Source of the DNA: Acidobacteriota bacterium
Lineage (GTDB): Bacteria > Acidobacteriota > Blastocatellia > Pyrinomonadales > Pyrinomonadaceae
NCBI GenBank assembly: GCA_020200235.1
Contig: JAIVJC010000008.1
Coordinates: 449 to 64,448, forward strand
Direction of reading: 5' to 3'
Length of the DNA stretch: 64,000 nucleotides
In this document: one piece after another, positions 1 through 13,156 of the stretch
Position numbering within the stretch: the first letter of the stretch is position 1
Layout of the letters: each line of letters begins with the position of its first letter
The notes under the pieces: generated by a model
The model's database searches: none
Told to the model about the DNA's origin: nothing
What the model saw: only the letters and a program-made list of their open reading frames with translations
Position numbers and translations under genes: made by a program

Positions 1-117
1 GAGATCACCTACGACTACGGCAAGGAATATTTCGACGTTCACCTCAAGCCGGTCGGCTGCAAGTGCAAGAAGTGCGCTCCGGAGACGAGGGGTAAGAAGC
101 GAAGGCGGAAGTCTTGA
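1..117 (+). CDS. SET-domain protein, C-terminal fragment (5' end lies outside window)
   Basis: Frame 1 reads EITYDYGKEYFDVHLKPVGCKCKKCAPETRGKKRRRKS*. It has a SET-type xxTYDYG motif followed by a CxCxxC cluster and a basic tail. Stop TGA at 115-117. Confidence 0.5.
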   Translation, partial: EITYDYGKEYFDVHLKPVGCKCKKCAPETRGKKRRRKS

Positions 118-229
118 GTTGGAGACTCTGCCGCCCGACGACTCCTCCTGACGGATCAGCCTCCTGCCAAAACGAAGCGCGGCGCTCGCAACGGGCGCCG
201 CGCTTCACCCTTCTTCACGAACTCGCGAG

Positions 230-3361
<3,132 letters not shown>

Positions 3362-3432
3362 GACGGTTAACCCTCTCGACTTTATTTGAAAGCGATCCGG
3401 CTTGATTGAACGTGAACGAAGGCGGGCGCGTT

Positions 3433-3464
3433 GCCGGGCGCGGGCTTCACTGCCCGCGCCCGGC
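3433..3464 (-). terminator. GC-rich hairpin downstream of the 3499..4335 gene
   Basis: A 13-bp perfect stem, gccgggcgcgggc / gcccgcgcccggc, with a 6-nt loop. It lies between the stop of one minus-strand gene and the start of the next. There is no clear U-tract. Confidence 0.4.
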
Positions 3465-3498
3465 GTCGCGTGTCATCAGTTGAGTATCGGTCGTGTGA

Positions 3499-4335
3499 CT
3501 AGCCGACCGGCGGCTTCTTGCCCGGCTCGGGCTTCTTGCCGGCGGGCTTCGTCTCGGACTCTTTGTTCTCGGGCTTCGCGGCGGGGGCGTTTCCCTCAGC
3601 CTTCTTCACTTCCGGCATCTTGAAGCGCGCGTCCTCGACAGCCGGGTTGATCTCGACCTTCTCGATGGTGATGCGCTGCCGCTGCGGGCTCCCCTTCTGC
3701 CCGGCTTCGAGCGAGTGCGGGATCATCAAGCCCTCGACCTCTTTGTAGTCGCCGCTGAACGACTCGGTCTCGACCTCCGAGCCGCGCACCATCCGCTTGC
3801 CCTCGGCCTTGACCGCGAGGAAGGTGTCGGCGTCCAGGTAGACGGTCTGAACGTCGCCGTTCTTGAGCGTGATCTTCAGCTTGTAGGCGTCGCTGCCCTC
3901 GACCTTGTCCTTGCCGATCAGCTCGACCTTGTGCCCCTTCGCTTTATAGTTGACGAGCGGACCTTCGACGAAGTCCGCCTCCTCCTCCATGTTCTTGCGC
4001 TCGTCTTCACCCATCGCCTCCGGGTTCTTGTTGCCCTGGAACGGCATGATCTGCCAGGCGTTCGCGCCGTCGTAAGCCTGGACGGCGGTCATGCCCTGCA
4101 ACGTGATCTCCAGCCGGACATTTTTAGGACGCTTGAACTCGATGATGGCTGGGGCTTCGATGCCGGGACCGACGGTCATCTTTCCCGTCAGGCGCATCGA
4201 CTTGACGGCGTTCAGCTTCGCCATGCCGCCCATCGCGGTGACGTGCTTGGCGATGATCTCATCAGCGGTCTGCGCCGTCGCGCTCACGGCTGCGAGCGCG
4301 ACGAAGGCGAAGGCGAAAAAACTCTTTCGGAACAT
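3499..4335 (-). CDS. Secreted LolA-fold-like (outer membrane lipoprotein-sorting type) protein with Lys/Pro-rich tail
   Basis: 278-aa ORF with a signal peptide (FAFAFVALAAVSATAQ), a beta-rich body and a KPE-rich low-complexity C-terminus. The family call is from memory of similar proteins and is not verified. Confidence 0.5.
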   Translation of the reverse strand: MFRKSFFAFAFVALAAVSATAQTADEIIAKHVTAMGGMAKLNAVKSMRLTGKMTVGPGIEAPAIIEFKRPKNVRLEITLQGMTAVQAYDGANAWQIMPFQGNKNPEAMGEDERKNMEEEADFVEGPLVNYKAKGHKVELIGKDKVEGSDAYKLKITLKNGDVQTVYLDADTFLAVKAEGKRMVRGSEVETESFSGDYKEVEGLMIPHSLEAGQKGSPQRQRITIEKVEINPAVEDARFKMPEVKKAEGNAPAAKPENKESETKPAGKKPEPGKKPPVG

Positions 4336-4547
4336 TCTGGACTCTCCTTGTTAACTTCAGGACTGTTTATCGGCTGATCGCAGTGGCGACATGACAAGCC
4401 TGGCGAGGCGCCGCGCGCGGGGAGAATAATCTTGATCCGTTCGAAGCCCTCCGCGCTCCCCGTCGTGCCCGGTTGCACCATCAAGTACGGGAGGGAGGGG
4501 GCGAAAGTTTCGCTTCCGCCGGGGCGTTTGGGAGGCTTCAGGTGACG

Positions 4548-5933
4548 TTATTTTTCGACCGCGTAGCCGGCGTTGACGTAAGCGGAGGTGCCGCCCGCGA
4601 CGTTGAAGATTTTCGCGAAGCCGCGCGGGGCGAGCAGGCTCGTCGCCGCGCTCGAGCGGTAGCCGCCCGCGCAGACGACGGCGAGCGGGCGCGACGGATC
4701 GAGACCTTCGAGCGCGTTCTGCCGAAGCTCCGCGAGCGGCGCGGGGACGGCGCGGGGGACGTGACCGTCGGCGTACTCCGCGGGTCGGCGCACGTCGAGT
4801 ATTTGCAGGTCTTCGCCCGACTCGATGCGGCGGCTCAGATCCTCCACGGTGATTTGCGGAACCTCCGCCGTCTCGTACCCGGCGGCGCGCCACGCCTCAA
4901 CGCCGCCGCCGAGGAAGCCCTCGACCGTTTCGAGACCGACGCGCGCGAGGCGCATCACGGCTTCGACAACTTTGTCCTCCCCGTCCGCAACGACGATGAG
5001 CTTCTGCCCCGGCTCGATCAGGCTCGCCGCCCAGATCGCGAACTGCCCTCCGAGTCCGACGTTGAGCGCGCCCGGAACGTGACCCGCGCCGAACTCGGCG
5101 GCACTGCGAACGTCGAGGACGAGGCGATCTTGACTTTCAAGCTCCTTCACTTCCCGCGGCGGGAGAGCGCGCGGTCGGGGCACGTCGGCGAGCGCGGGCG
5201 CGCCCGCGCGGTTGATCTCCGCGTCGCGCGAGAAGTACGAAGGCGCGGGCGCGAGGTCGGTTGTCATCTTCCGCACGAACTCCTCCTTCGGCATCGGCGC
5301 GAGCGCGTAGTTGAAGCGGCGCTGCTGCCCGATGGTGGAAGAAGTCTCCTTCGAGATGTTGCGCCCGCACATCGAGCCCGCGCCGTGCGCGGGGAACACC
5401 TCCACCGCGTCGTCGAGCTTGAGGAGCTTGCCGTGCAGGCTCTCGTAGAGCATTGCCGCCATCGCCTCGCTCGTGAAGCCGCGCGAGCCCGCGAGATCGG
5501 GTCGCCCCACGTCGCCGACGAAGAGAGTGTCGCCCGTCAAAACTTTCTGCGGCTCGTCGGAAACTTCGTGATCGACGACGAGCACCGAAACGCCTTCCGG
5601 CGTGTGCCCCGGAGTTTCGAGGAAGCGCAGGGTGACGTTGCCGACGCGAAGCTCGTCACCTTCGCCGGCGGCGCGGTGCGGGAACGTCGCGCCGGCGCGG
5701 CGGCCGATGACGATCTCCGCGCCAGTGCGCGCCGCCAGCTCGCAGTGGCCGCTAACGAAATCGGCGTGGAGGTGCGTCTCGACGATGTACCTGATCGCGA
5801 GCCCCTGCCGCGCCGCCTCCTCGAGGTACTGCTCGACGTCGCGCTGCGGATCGACGACCACAGCCTCGCCCTCCGAGCCGATCATGTAGGAGGCGTGCGC
5901 CAGACATCCGAGGTAGAACTGTTTGAAGTACAT
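4548..5933 (-). CDS. MBL-fold persulfide dioxygenase (ETHE1-like) fused to two rhodanese domains
   Basis: HxHxDH metal motif (THLHADFVSGH) near the N-terminus. Two rhodanese modules follow. The second carries the active-site loop CAGGYRSS and the first lacks the Cys. Confidence 0.85.
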   Translation of the reverse strand: MYFKQFYLGCLAHASYMIGSEGEAVVVDPQRDVEQYLEEAARQGLAIRYIVETHLHADFVSGHCELAARTGAEIVIGRRAGATFPHRAAGEGDELRVGNVTLRFLETPGHTPEGVSVLVVDHEVSDEPQKVLTGDTLFVGDVGRPDLAGSRGFTSEAMAAMLYESLHGKLLKLDDAVEVFPAHGAGSMCGRNISKETSSTIGQQRRFNYALAPMPKEEFVRKMTTDLAPAPSYFSRDAEINRAGAPALADVPRPRALPPREVKELESQDRLVLDVRSAAEFGAGHVPGALNVGLGGQFAIWAASLIEPGQKLIVVADGEDKVVEAVMRLARVGLETVEGFLGGGVEAWRAAGYETAEVPQITVEDLSRRIESGEDLQILDVRRPAEYADGHVPRAVPAPLAELRQNALEGLDPSRPLAVVCAGGYRSSAATSLLAPRGFAKIFNVAGGTSAYVNAGYAVEK

Positions 5934-5986
5934 GAGAGCTGTCCCAGATTCAGCGCGGAGTCGGCGCGGAATGCGACCGACGACCT

Positions 5987-6964
5987 CTACTTCCGCGTGT
6001 AGCCCGCCGGGTAATCGAGCTGCGCGCCTTCGAGAGTCGCTTCGAGCTTGATCTTGTGGAAACCTTTTTCCGCGTGCGTCGAGAGGTAGGTGAGCGCGAT
6101 CAGGTTGCCGAGTTTGTCGCCGATCTCGCGCAGGAACGGATCGAAGCTGACGGCTGCGCCAAATCCCTGGAAGAAGGACTTGCCGCCCGTCTCTTCCGAG
6201 AGGCGGGAGAGAGCGCCCTGCGCGTTGTTGACGAGCGAGGGGCTGCCGCCGGTGTTGGCGGTCGGAGCGTAGATCGAGTAGACGGCGACGCCCCGCCGCT
6301 GCGCCTCGTCGATGGCGCGTTGGAGATCGGTGCTTTGCGAGGCGGCGGAGTTCTCGACGCCGCGCGAGATGTCGAGACCGTCCGTGACGGCGAGGACTGC
6401 GCGCCGCCCGACGGGCTGCGACTGGTAGCGCTTGAGGGCTTCGACGATGGTCGCGTAAGGGTTGTAGGGACCGACGGCGGGCGTGCCGCCGGGGATGCGC
6501 AGCGCCTTCGCCGCGCGTTCCAGATCGGTCGTGAACCTCTGCCTGATCTGGACTGATCCGACGCGCAAGTAGCCGACCGAGACGTAAGAGCCTTCGGGAA
6601 GACGGCGAATGAAATTGGCGAGCGTGGCGATCTCGTTCGCCGCGGGCGGGACGAGATCGTCCTGAACGAGCACGGTGAGGTAGAGCGGCGCGTGCTCCGC
6701 CTGGCTGCGTGTCGAAAGTATCTCCTGCCGCTCGCCGTCTTCGAGCAGCGAGAGACCGAGCGGGCGGAGCTCCTCGCTCCCGCCGCGCTGCGGCGGCACC
6801 TTCACCATCACCGGGATCGTCACGGAGCGGACGGCTCCGCGCCGCTCGCGACGCTCGTCGCCCGCACGTAAGGCCCCCTGGGCGGCGACCACTTGCGCCG
6901 CCAAGAGCCCGAAGGCGAGCGCGGCGAGATAGGTCGTCGCCTTCGACATAGGATTCCGACTCAT
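5987..6964 (-). CDS. VWA-domain protein (VWFA-related acidobacterial type)
   Basis: 325-aa ORF with a signal peptide (LAALAFGLLAAQVVAAQ). An N-terminal beta segment reads LSLLEDGERQEI and is followed by a vWFA-like core (LYLTVLVQDD..., LAVTDGLD). Confidence 0.7.
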   Translation of the reverse strand: MSRNPMSKATTYLAALAFGLLAAQVVAAQGALRAGDERRERRGAVRSVTIPVMVKVPPQRGGSEELRPLGLSLLEDGERQEILSTRSQAEHAPLYLTVLVQDDLVPPAANEIATLANFIRRLPEGSYVSVGYLRVGSVQIRQRFTTDLERAAKALRIPGGTPAVGPYNPYATIVEALKRYQSQPVGRRAVLAVTDGLDISRGVENSAASQSTDLQRAIDEAQRRGVAVYSIYAPTANTGGSPSLVNNAQGALSRLSEETGGKSFFQGFGAAVSFDPFLREIGDKLGNLIALTYLSTHAEKGFHKIKLEATLEGAQLDYPAGYTRK

Positions 6965-7087
6965 CGAGACTCCTCCCGGATCAACTCTGCGACATCGCGG
7001 GTGATTATAAACCCTCGCTACGCCCTCTGGCGATCAAGGCAGGTCGGCGCCCACACGCCGGGCGAGCCGCGGGCGACGCGGCTCATC

Positions 7088-7957
7088 TCATCCCGCCCCA
7101 CGAAGCCGCTCGTCGAAATCCGTCAACCGGTACATGCCTTCCTCGATCCGCGCGGCGTAGCCCTCTCGCACGAGCGCGTGGTTGCCGAGACCCGCGTCGG
7201 GTCGCGACAGACCCGTGACGCGCGCGAGCTCGCCGCGCGTCGTCATGCCCGCCCCGTCAAGAAAAGCGCGCGCGATCTCGCGAAGCGCCACGCCGCGCGT
7301 GACGCGCACCTTCAACTGCGCGGCGAATCGTCCCTCGGCGAGCGTCCACACGTAGGTAAACCAGGGCTCGTAGAGCACGTCTTCGGGCACGACCTTCATC
7401 ATGCGCTGCAACTCTTCGAGGGAGCGCGTCAGGCGTGCGCGATCCATCTTCGTCTCTTCGCGCAGATCGCTCGTCGCCATCTCCCACTCCCGGCGCAGCA
7501 CGCGCAGCACGGCGCGCGCGTCCGCCGACAGTCGTGCGGCTTCCTGCCCGCGCGGGACGCCCCACAGCGCGTTGAAGTATGGGACGAGGCGCGGCGCGAC
7601 GAACGTCGCGCGCCCCTTCGCGAGTTTCGCGTAGTAGACCTGACCGCGGCGCATCACCTCGTCTTTGATCGTCCACGTGAGGCTGCTCTCGGGGTCTTTC
7701 TGGACGTTGCGCGGCATGAAGGCGTCGCGCCTGCCGCAGACGGCGACGTAGAGCGACGCTCCGGGGCGCCGCGAGTCGGTCATCGCGGTGCAAAAGCCCG
7801 CCGCTTCGATGAGACTCTCCGCTTCCGCCGCCGTCTCGACGCGCCGCTCCGGCTCGCGCCGCCACGCGCGGTCGCGGAACGCTTCGACCTCTTCGGGCAG
7901 CGCCGTAGGAATCTTCATTCGTCTGCGAATTGGTGTCGCCATCACCTGTGCGCTCAC
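7088..7957 (-). CDS. Hypothetical protein, possibly winged-helix (AlkZ/YcaQ-like) DNA-binding
   Basis: 289-aa ORF with normal amino-acid composition, whereas the overlapping frames are Arg/Ala-rich shadows. The C-terminal segment [26 protein letters not shown] looks like a wHTH. The family call is weak. Confidence 0.5.
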   Translation of the reverse strand: MSAQVMATPIRRRMKIPTALPEEVEAFRDRAWRREPERRVETAAEAESLIEAAGFCTAMTDSRRPGASLYVAVCGRRDAFMPRNVQKDPESSLTWTIKDEVMRRGQVYYAKLAKGRATFVAPRLVPYFNALWGVPRGQEAARLSADARAVLRVLRREWEMATSDLREETKMDRARLTRSLEELQRMMKVVPEDVLYEPWFTYVWTLAEGRFAAQLKVRVTRGVALREIARAFLDGAGMTTRGELARVTGLSRPDAGLGNHALVREGYAARIEEGMYRLTDFDERLRGAG

Positions 7958-8152
7958 GCGGTGAGCTCAATCACCCTGACTGATGAATTCTCTCACGATG
8001 ACCGCCACGCTGACCGATCTGCGCGCCGTGGCGGCGGAAAAGGCTCATCTTTCAGCCGAAAACGCGTAATGCGCGATTGGCATGGTCGTTGCCAAATCAG
8101 GGTGGCGCATTAGGACTGTCTTGCGTTCGCGCCGACCGGAAAAATCTAGCAG

Positions 8153-10087
8153 ATGAAAAGCCCAGAGAAACTGATCATGGGTATCCCACGCCGCCATCGT
8201 AGGACAACACTCAAATCGCTGTTCACGTTACTCCTCTGCCTTGTCGCGGGCATTATCCTCGCGGACCGCTCGGCGCACAAAGCGTCAGCCGGTGGTTCCC
8301 ACGACAAGATTTCCGCCGATCTGAAGAAGAAGATTCAGACCACGAACAGCGGTGACATGATCGATGTCATCGTCGTCCCTGTGGGCGGGTGGAATGGCAC
8401 GCTTGATTCAGAGGTGGGAAACAACTCCGGGAAGATCAAAAAGAATTTCAGCAAGCTCAACTCGCGCCCGGTGCAAATGCCGGCCTACGCGATCAGCAAT
8501 CTGGCGAAAAGCCCCGACGTTGATTATGTGGCGCTCGACCGCCCGCTCAAGTCGCTCGGTCACGTCTCATTGACGACGGGCACTGACGCCGCGCGCTCGC
8601 TCGGCATCTTGACGAAGTACGAAGGCACGGGCGTCGGCATCGCCGTCATCGACTCCGGCATCTATGTCAACCATGCCTCGTTCGGGGGTCGCGTTGCCTT
8701 TAGCAAGGACTTCACGGGCGAGGGGCGCACGGACGACCCCTACGGGCACGGCACGCACGTCGCCTCCATCGCCGCCGGCAACGGAGCCGTGTCGAGCGGC
8801 GCATACCAGGGTATCGCCTCGAACTCCAAGATCGTCAGCCTGCGCGTGCTTGATTCGCAGGGTCGAGGCTCTGTCTCCAGCCTGCTCGGTGCGCTCGATT
8901 GGGTGCTTGCCAACCGAGCCGCCCACAACATCCGCGTCGTCAACATCAGCCTCGGCACGACCGCCATCGACTCGTACCTATATGACCCCCTCTGCCAGGC
9001 GGCGCGCCGCCTCGTGAACGCCGGGGTTGTCGTCGTCGCCGCCTCCGGCAACGAGGGCAAAGACGGATCGGGGCGCGAAATCTACGGCCAGGTCCACTCG
9101 CCAGGCAACGAGCCCTCTGTCATCACGGTCGGCGCGTCGAACTCCTTTGGCTCCGACTTGCGCAGTGACGACATAGTGACCACTTACAGCTCGCGTGGCC
9201 CGACGCGCAGCTTCTGGAGCGACCCGAATGGCACACGCCATTACGACAACCTGATCAAACCGGATCTAGTCGCGCCCGGCAACAAGATCATCGCCGCGCA
9301 GTCGCCCGGCAACTACCTCGTCCTGAACAACCCTTCGCTCGACGCCAACGTGAGTGGATCGGACACCCGCGCGCAGATGTACCTGAGCGGCACGTCGATG
9401 GCTGCGCCAGTTGTCTCCGGCGCCGCGGCGATGATGTTGCAAGCCAACCCGTCTCTCACCCCGAACCTCGTCAAGGCGATACTCTCTTACACGGCGCAGC
9501 CGCTCATGGGCTTCAACCCTCTACAGCAGGGCGCTGGCGAGATCAACGTCGAGGGCGCGGTGCGCATGGCGAAGGCTGTGCGGTCGGACTTGGGCCTCGT
9601 CAATCTCGTAATCGGCTCGCCACTGCTCTGCCCCGGCTGCTCGCTCCCGACCCAGCAGACGACGATAGCGGGCTTCAGCTTCCAATGGTCGCAGGGCGTC
9701 ATCTTCGATCAGACTTACGGCACGGGCGCCACCCTGATGACGCAGTACCAGAAGGTCTACGCGCTCGGCGTCCTGATGGGCGACGCCACGGTCGAGAGCA
9801 ACGGGGTCCTCATCGGTGACGGTGTCTTGATCGGCGACGGCGTGCTGATGGGCGACACACTCCTCACCAGCGACGGCACGACCATGAACGGCGGGACGTA
9901 TTTCTACGGGACGGGTGTCCTCATCGGCGACGGCGTCTTGCTCGGCGACGGCGTCCTCATCGGCGACGGAGTGCTGATGGGCGACGGAGTGCTGATGGGC
10001 GACGGAGTGCTGATAGGAGATGTGGCATCGCAGGCCGCGCACGCACTTACACACGGCGACGCGACGGCGTGCATGGTCGCCAACTAA
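8153..10087 (+). CDS. S8 (subtilisin) family serine protease with C-terminal GDGVLx hexapeptide-repeat tail
   Basis: Catalytic triad motifs AVIDSGI (Asp), HGTHVASIAAG (His) and GTSMAAPVVSGAAA (Ser). There is an N-terminal hydrophobic anchor or signal. GC is lower than the flanks. Confidence 0.9.
   Translation: MKSPEKLIMGIPRRHRRTTLKSLFTLLLCLVAGIILADRSAHKASAGGSHDKISADLKKKIQTTNSGDMIDVIVVPVGGWNGTLDSEVGNNSGKIKKNFSKLNSRPVQMPAYAISNLAKSPDVDYVALDRPLKSLGHVSLTTGTDAARSLGILTKYEGTGVGIAVIDSGIYVNHASFGGRVAFSKDFTGEGRTDDPYGHGTHVASIAAGNGAVSSGAYQGIASNSKIVSLRVLDSQGRGSVSSLLGALDWVLANRAAHNIRVVNISLGTTAIDSYLYDPLCQAARRLVNAGVVVVAASGNEGKDGSGREIYGQVHSPGNEPSVITVGASNSFGSDLRSDDIVTTYSSRGPTRSFWSDPNGTRHYDNLIKPDLVAPGNKIIAAQSPGNYLVLNNPSLDANVSGSDTRAQMYLSGTSMAAPVVSGAAAMMLQANPSLTPNLVKAILSYTAQPLMGFNPLQQGAGEINVEGAVRMAKAVRSDLGLVNLVIGSPLLCPGCSLPTQQTTIAGFSFQWSQGVIFDQTYGTGATLMTQYQKVYALGVLMGDATVESNGVLIGDGVLIGDGVLMGDTLLTSDGTTMNGGTYFYGTGVLIGDGVLLGDGVLIGDGVLMGDGVLMGDGVLIGDVASQAAHALTHGDATACMVAN
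9767..10021 (+). repeat. In-frame 18-nt (hexapeptide) tandem repeats inside the S8 protease gene
   Basis: There are two blocks, about 9767-9858 and 9914-10021. The unit ggcgacggagtgctgatg is perfect at 9962-9979 and 9980-9997, and has one mismatch at 9998-10015. Confidence 0.85.
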
Positions 10088-10434
10088 CCCCGCGCGAGCG
10101 ACCTCCTGATGAAAACCGCAGTTTGGGCGCGGGAGCTGACGGGAAAATGCAGACGTGAGCTCCTTGAGAATGAGAAGCAGTTCCGGCATGGGCGCCGCGC
10201 GACATTCGCGCGGCGCCCACGCCCCTCTTCCGCCCGCCGCTCTTTTCCTGACCCACGCCCTCGATCACTGATGACGACCCTAAAGCTCTGATGCGAGCGC
10301 CTTCGACGGCGAGAAAAGTTTTTCTCACACACCGCGCCCCATTTGATACTATCGATCACGGCGGCTCTCAGCCGCCTCCTTGCCACGCCCTTCCTCCCTC
10401 GACACTTAAGGTGACCCGGAGACGCTCCCAGATC

Positions 10435-12399
10435 ATGGAGAACGGAAGCACACGCCGTTTCACACAGCCCTTCCTGCGGACGATTATCGTCCTCGGCGTG
10501 GTGGCTTACCTCCTCTCGCTCGGCTTCCTGCCCTTCTCGCGCCTCGACTCGCGCTTCCTCATCCTCGCGCTGCTCACGCTCGGCATCGGCTCGCGCTTCA
10601 GCATCAAGATTCCGCGCGTCAGCGCACACATCTCCGTCTCCGACTCCTTCATCTTCCTCACGCTCCTGCTCTTCGGCGGCGAGGCGGCGGTCATCGTCGC
10701 CGCGCTCGACGGGCTCTTCACCTCGCTGCGCTTTAGCCGCAAGCCCACCACGCTCCTCTTCAACGCGGCGGTCGTCGCCTTCTCCACCTTCGCTACGGCG
10801 GAGCTCCTCTGGTGGAGCGTGGGCGACGTGGTCGCCCTCACGAGCGAGCGTTACACGCCGCTCTACATCCTCGCACTGAGCGTGATGGCGTTCGGGCAGT
10901 ACGTCTTCAACTCAGGCATCGTCGCCGTCTGCGGCGCGATCAAGGACGGGCGACCCGTCTGGCAGACTTGGAGCAGGAACTACCTCTGGACTTCCGTCAC
11001 CTACTTCGCGGGCGCGTTCGCCGCTGGCGCCCTCGCCAAGCTCGTCGGGTTCGTCGGCTTCTACGCCTTCGTCGGCACGCTGCCCATCCTCGGCATCGTC
11101 TACTTCACCTACCTGACCTACCTCAAGCACGTCGAGACTTCCGCCGCGCAAGCCGAGCAGGCGGAGCGCCACGTCGAGGAGTTGTCGCACCACATCGCCG
11201 AACAGGATCGGCTGAGGCGCGAGCAGGAGGAGATGCGCGAGCAATTCACGCAGCTCGAAAAAATGTCCGCGCTCGGCGAGCTGGCTTCGGGCGTCGCCCA
11301 CGACTTCAACAACACCCTCGCGGGCGTCCTCGGTCGCGCGCAACTGATGATGCGCACCTCCGACCCGGAGAAGATCAAAAAGGGCTTGCAGATCATCATC
11401 AAGACGGCGGAGGACGGCGCGCGCACGGTCAAGCGTATTCAGGACTTCGCGCGCCAGAGGCGAAGCCAGGACTTCGAGCCCGTCGCCACCGATCAACTCC
11501 TGCTCGACGTGAAGGACATGACGAGCCCGCGCTGGAAGGACAGCGCCGAGGCTCGCGACGCCTACGTCCGCGTCGTGCTCAGGATCAAATCAAACTCTTT
11601 CGTCATGGGCGACGAGTCGGAGCTGCGCGAGGTGCTCGTCAACATGGTCTTCAACGCCGTCGACGCGATGCCGCACGGCGGCACGCTCACGCTCGCGTCG
11701 CGCGACGAGGGCGACCACGTTCTCGTCAGCGTCTCGGACACCGGCTGCGGGATGAGTCAGGAAGTGCGCTCGCGCATCTTCGATCCGTTCTTCACGACGA
11801 AGGGCAAGGCGGGGATGGGGCTCGGTCTCGCCGTCTCCTACGGCATCGTCCGCAGGCACGAGGGCGCGGTCGAAGTGCAGTCAGAGGTGAATGAGGGGAC
11901 GACCTTCACGATCCGCTTGCCTATAGCGCACGGCGTGCGTCAGCCCGAAGCCGTCGAGGATGTCTCAGCCGCCGCCGACGCCCCCGCGGCGAGCGCGGGG
12001 AAGCGCACGCGCGTCCTCGTCGTCGACGACGAAGATCACGTCCGCGATCTGCTCGCGGACATTCTCGAATCAGAGGGCTGTGAGGTTGTGACCTGCGCGA
12101 GCGGCAACGAGGCTGCCGCGATCATCGGCGCGGGCGGGTTCGACGCCGTCTTCACAGACATCGGCATGCCGGGCATGAGCGGCTGGGAGCTGGCGCGGAT
12201 CGTGCGAGAGCACGACGCGGACATTCCGGTCGCCGTGATAACCGGCTGGGGGGAGTCCGTGGGCTCAGACCAGCAGCAGGCTGCGCGCGTCGATTGGGTT
12301 GTGTCGAAGCCGTTCTCGATGAAGCGGATCGTGGAAATCGTGCGCGAGATCGAGCAGCGCGATAAATCAGCGCGCGACGCTCAACTAGCCGCCGCCTGA
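10435..12399 (+). CDS. Hybrid sensor histidine kinase (polytopic membrane sensor + HisKA + HATPase + receiver)
   Basis: H-box ELASGVAHDFNNTL. ATPase boxes NMVFNAVDAM, DTGCGM and GMGLGLAVS. The C-terminal receiver has VLVVDDEDHV, TDIGMPGMSG and VSKPF. About 6 hydrophobic helices lie in the first 270 aa. I chose ATG 10435 as the start; the ORF is open from 10291. Confidence 0.85.
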   Translation: MENGSTRRFTQPFLRTIIVLGVVAYLLSLGFLPFSRLDSRFLILALLTLGIGSRFSIKIPRVSAHISVSDSFIFLTLLLFGGEAAVIVAALDGLFTSLRFSRKPTTLLFNAAVVAFSTFATAELLWWSVGDVVALTSERYTPLYILALSVMAFGQYVFNSGIVAVCGAIKDGRPVWQTWSRNYLWTSVTYFAGAFAAGALAKLVGFVGFYAFVGTLPILGIVYFTYLTYLKHVETSAAQAEQAERHVEELSHHIAEQDRLRREQEEMREQFTQLEKMSALGELASGVAHDFNNTLAGVLGRAQLMMRTSDPEKIKKGLQIIIKTAEDGARTVKRIQDFARQRRSQDFEPVATDQLLLDVKDMTSPRWKDSAEARDAYVRVVLRIKSNSFVMGDESELREVLVNMVFNAVDAMPHGGTLTLASRDEGDHVLVSVSDTGCGMSQEVRSRIFDPFFTTKGKAGMGLGLAVSYGIVRRHEGAVEVQSEVNEGTTFTIRLPIAHGVRQPEAVEDVSAAADAPAASAGKRTRVLVVDDEDHVRDLLADILESEGCEVVTCASGNEAAAIIGAGGFDAVFTDIGMPGMSGWELARIVREHDADIPVAVITGWGESVGSDQQQAARVDWVVSKPFSMKRIVEIVREIEQRDKSARDAQLAAA

Positions 12400-12443
12400 T
12401 CCCGCGGCGCTCGTCGGCGCCCCGCCCTTTTCCGTATTACAGA

Positions 12444-12836
12444 TCAAGCAGGCTGGTCTTGACCCGACAGCCACAGCCTCCGCTGCTTGATCGCGCCCTC
12501 GACCCGTTCCTCGACCTCTTCGCTGCGGAAGGGCTTCACCAGGCAGGCATAAGCTCCGAGTTTGAGCATCCCCCTCGCGTGCTCCTCGTCGCCGATGCCC
12601 GAGATGATGATGACGGGCGTGTACGGCTGCTGCTGGCGGACGTGCCCGAGTAGTTCGACTCCGCTAATGCCGGGCATCGAGATGTCTGTGAGCACCACGT
12701 CGTAGGTGTCTTCGGCGAGCCAGACGAGCGCCTGCTCTGCGGTCTCAGCCACGTGGCAGAGATGCCCTTCCGAAAAGAGATCGTAGAGTGTGTCGCGGAT
12801 GGCTTCGTCGTCGTCGACGATGAGGATTGCTGCCAT
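12444..12836 (-). CDS. Single-domain (CheY-like) response regulator
   Basis: 130 aa with ILIVDDDEAIRD, DVVLTDISMPGISG and LVKPF, and no output domain. It is convergent with the kinase across a 44-nt gap. Confidence 0.9.
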   Translation of the reverse strand: MAAILIVDDDEAIRDTLYDLFSEGHLCHVAETAEQALVWLAEDTYDVVLTDISMPGISGVELLGHVRQQQPYTPVIIISGIGDEEHARGMLKLGAYACLVKPFRSEEVEERVEGAIKQRRLWLSGQDQPA

Positions 12837-13078
12837 GAGGTTTCTCTGCGCGCGCGGGGCGGGTCGGCGACCGCGCGCGGCGCGTTTATCCCTTCGGAGA
12901 ATTAGCGGAGTGCAGGTAGACCTTATGCGGGTGCGGGCTGGACGCCCTTCTTCATCGGAAAACGCACGCCCCGCGGAAAAATAATACGCGATCGCGCGCG
13001 GAATCGTTACCCGATTCGGAGTGAGTTTGCATTAACTGCTCCGGCGATTTTTACTCCAACAGTTGCACGCAATGACTG

Positions 13079-13136
13079 AGGGCGTCACGCCCGGCGCGAG
13101 CCTCCGGAGGAGACCCGCGCCGGGCGTGACGCCCTG
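13079..13136 (-). terminator. Perfect 20-bp hairpin just 3' of the 13157..14710 gene
   Basis: agggcgtcacgcccggcgcg (13079-13098) pairs perfectly with cgcgccgggcgtgacgccct (13117-13136) around an 18-nt loop. It sits 20 nt after the stop codon. There is no U-tract. Confidence 0.5.
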
Positions 13137-13156
13137 TCGTCGCATCGGTTTATTTA

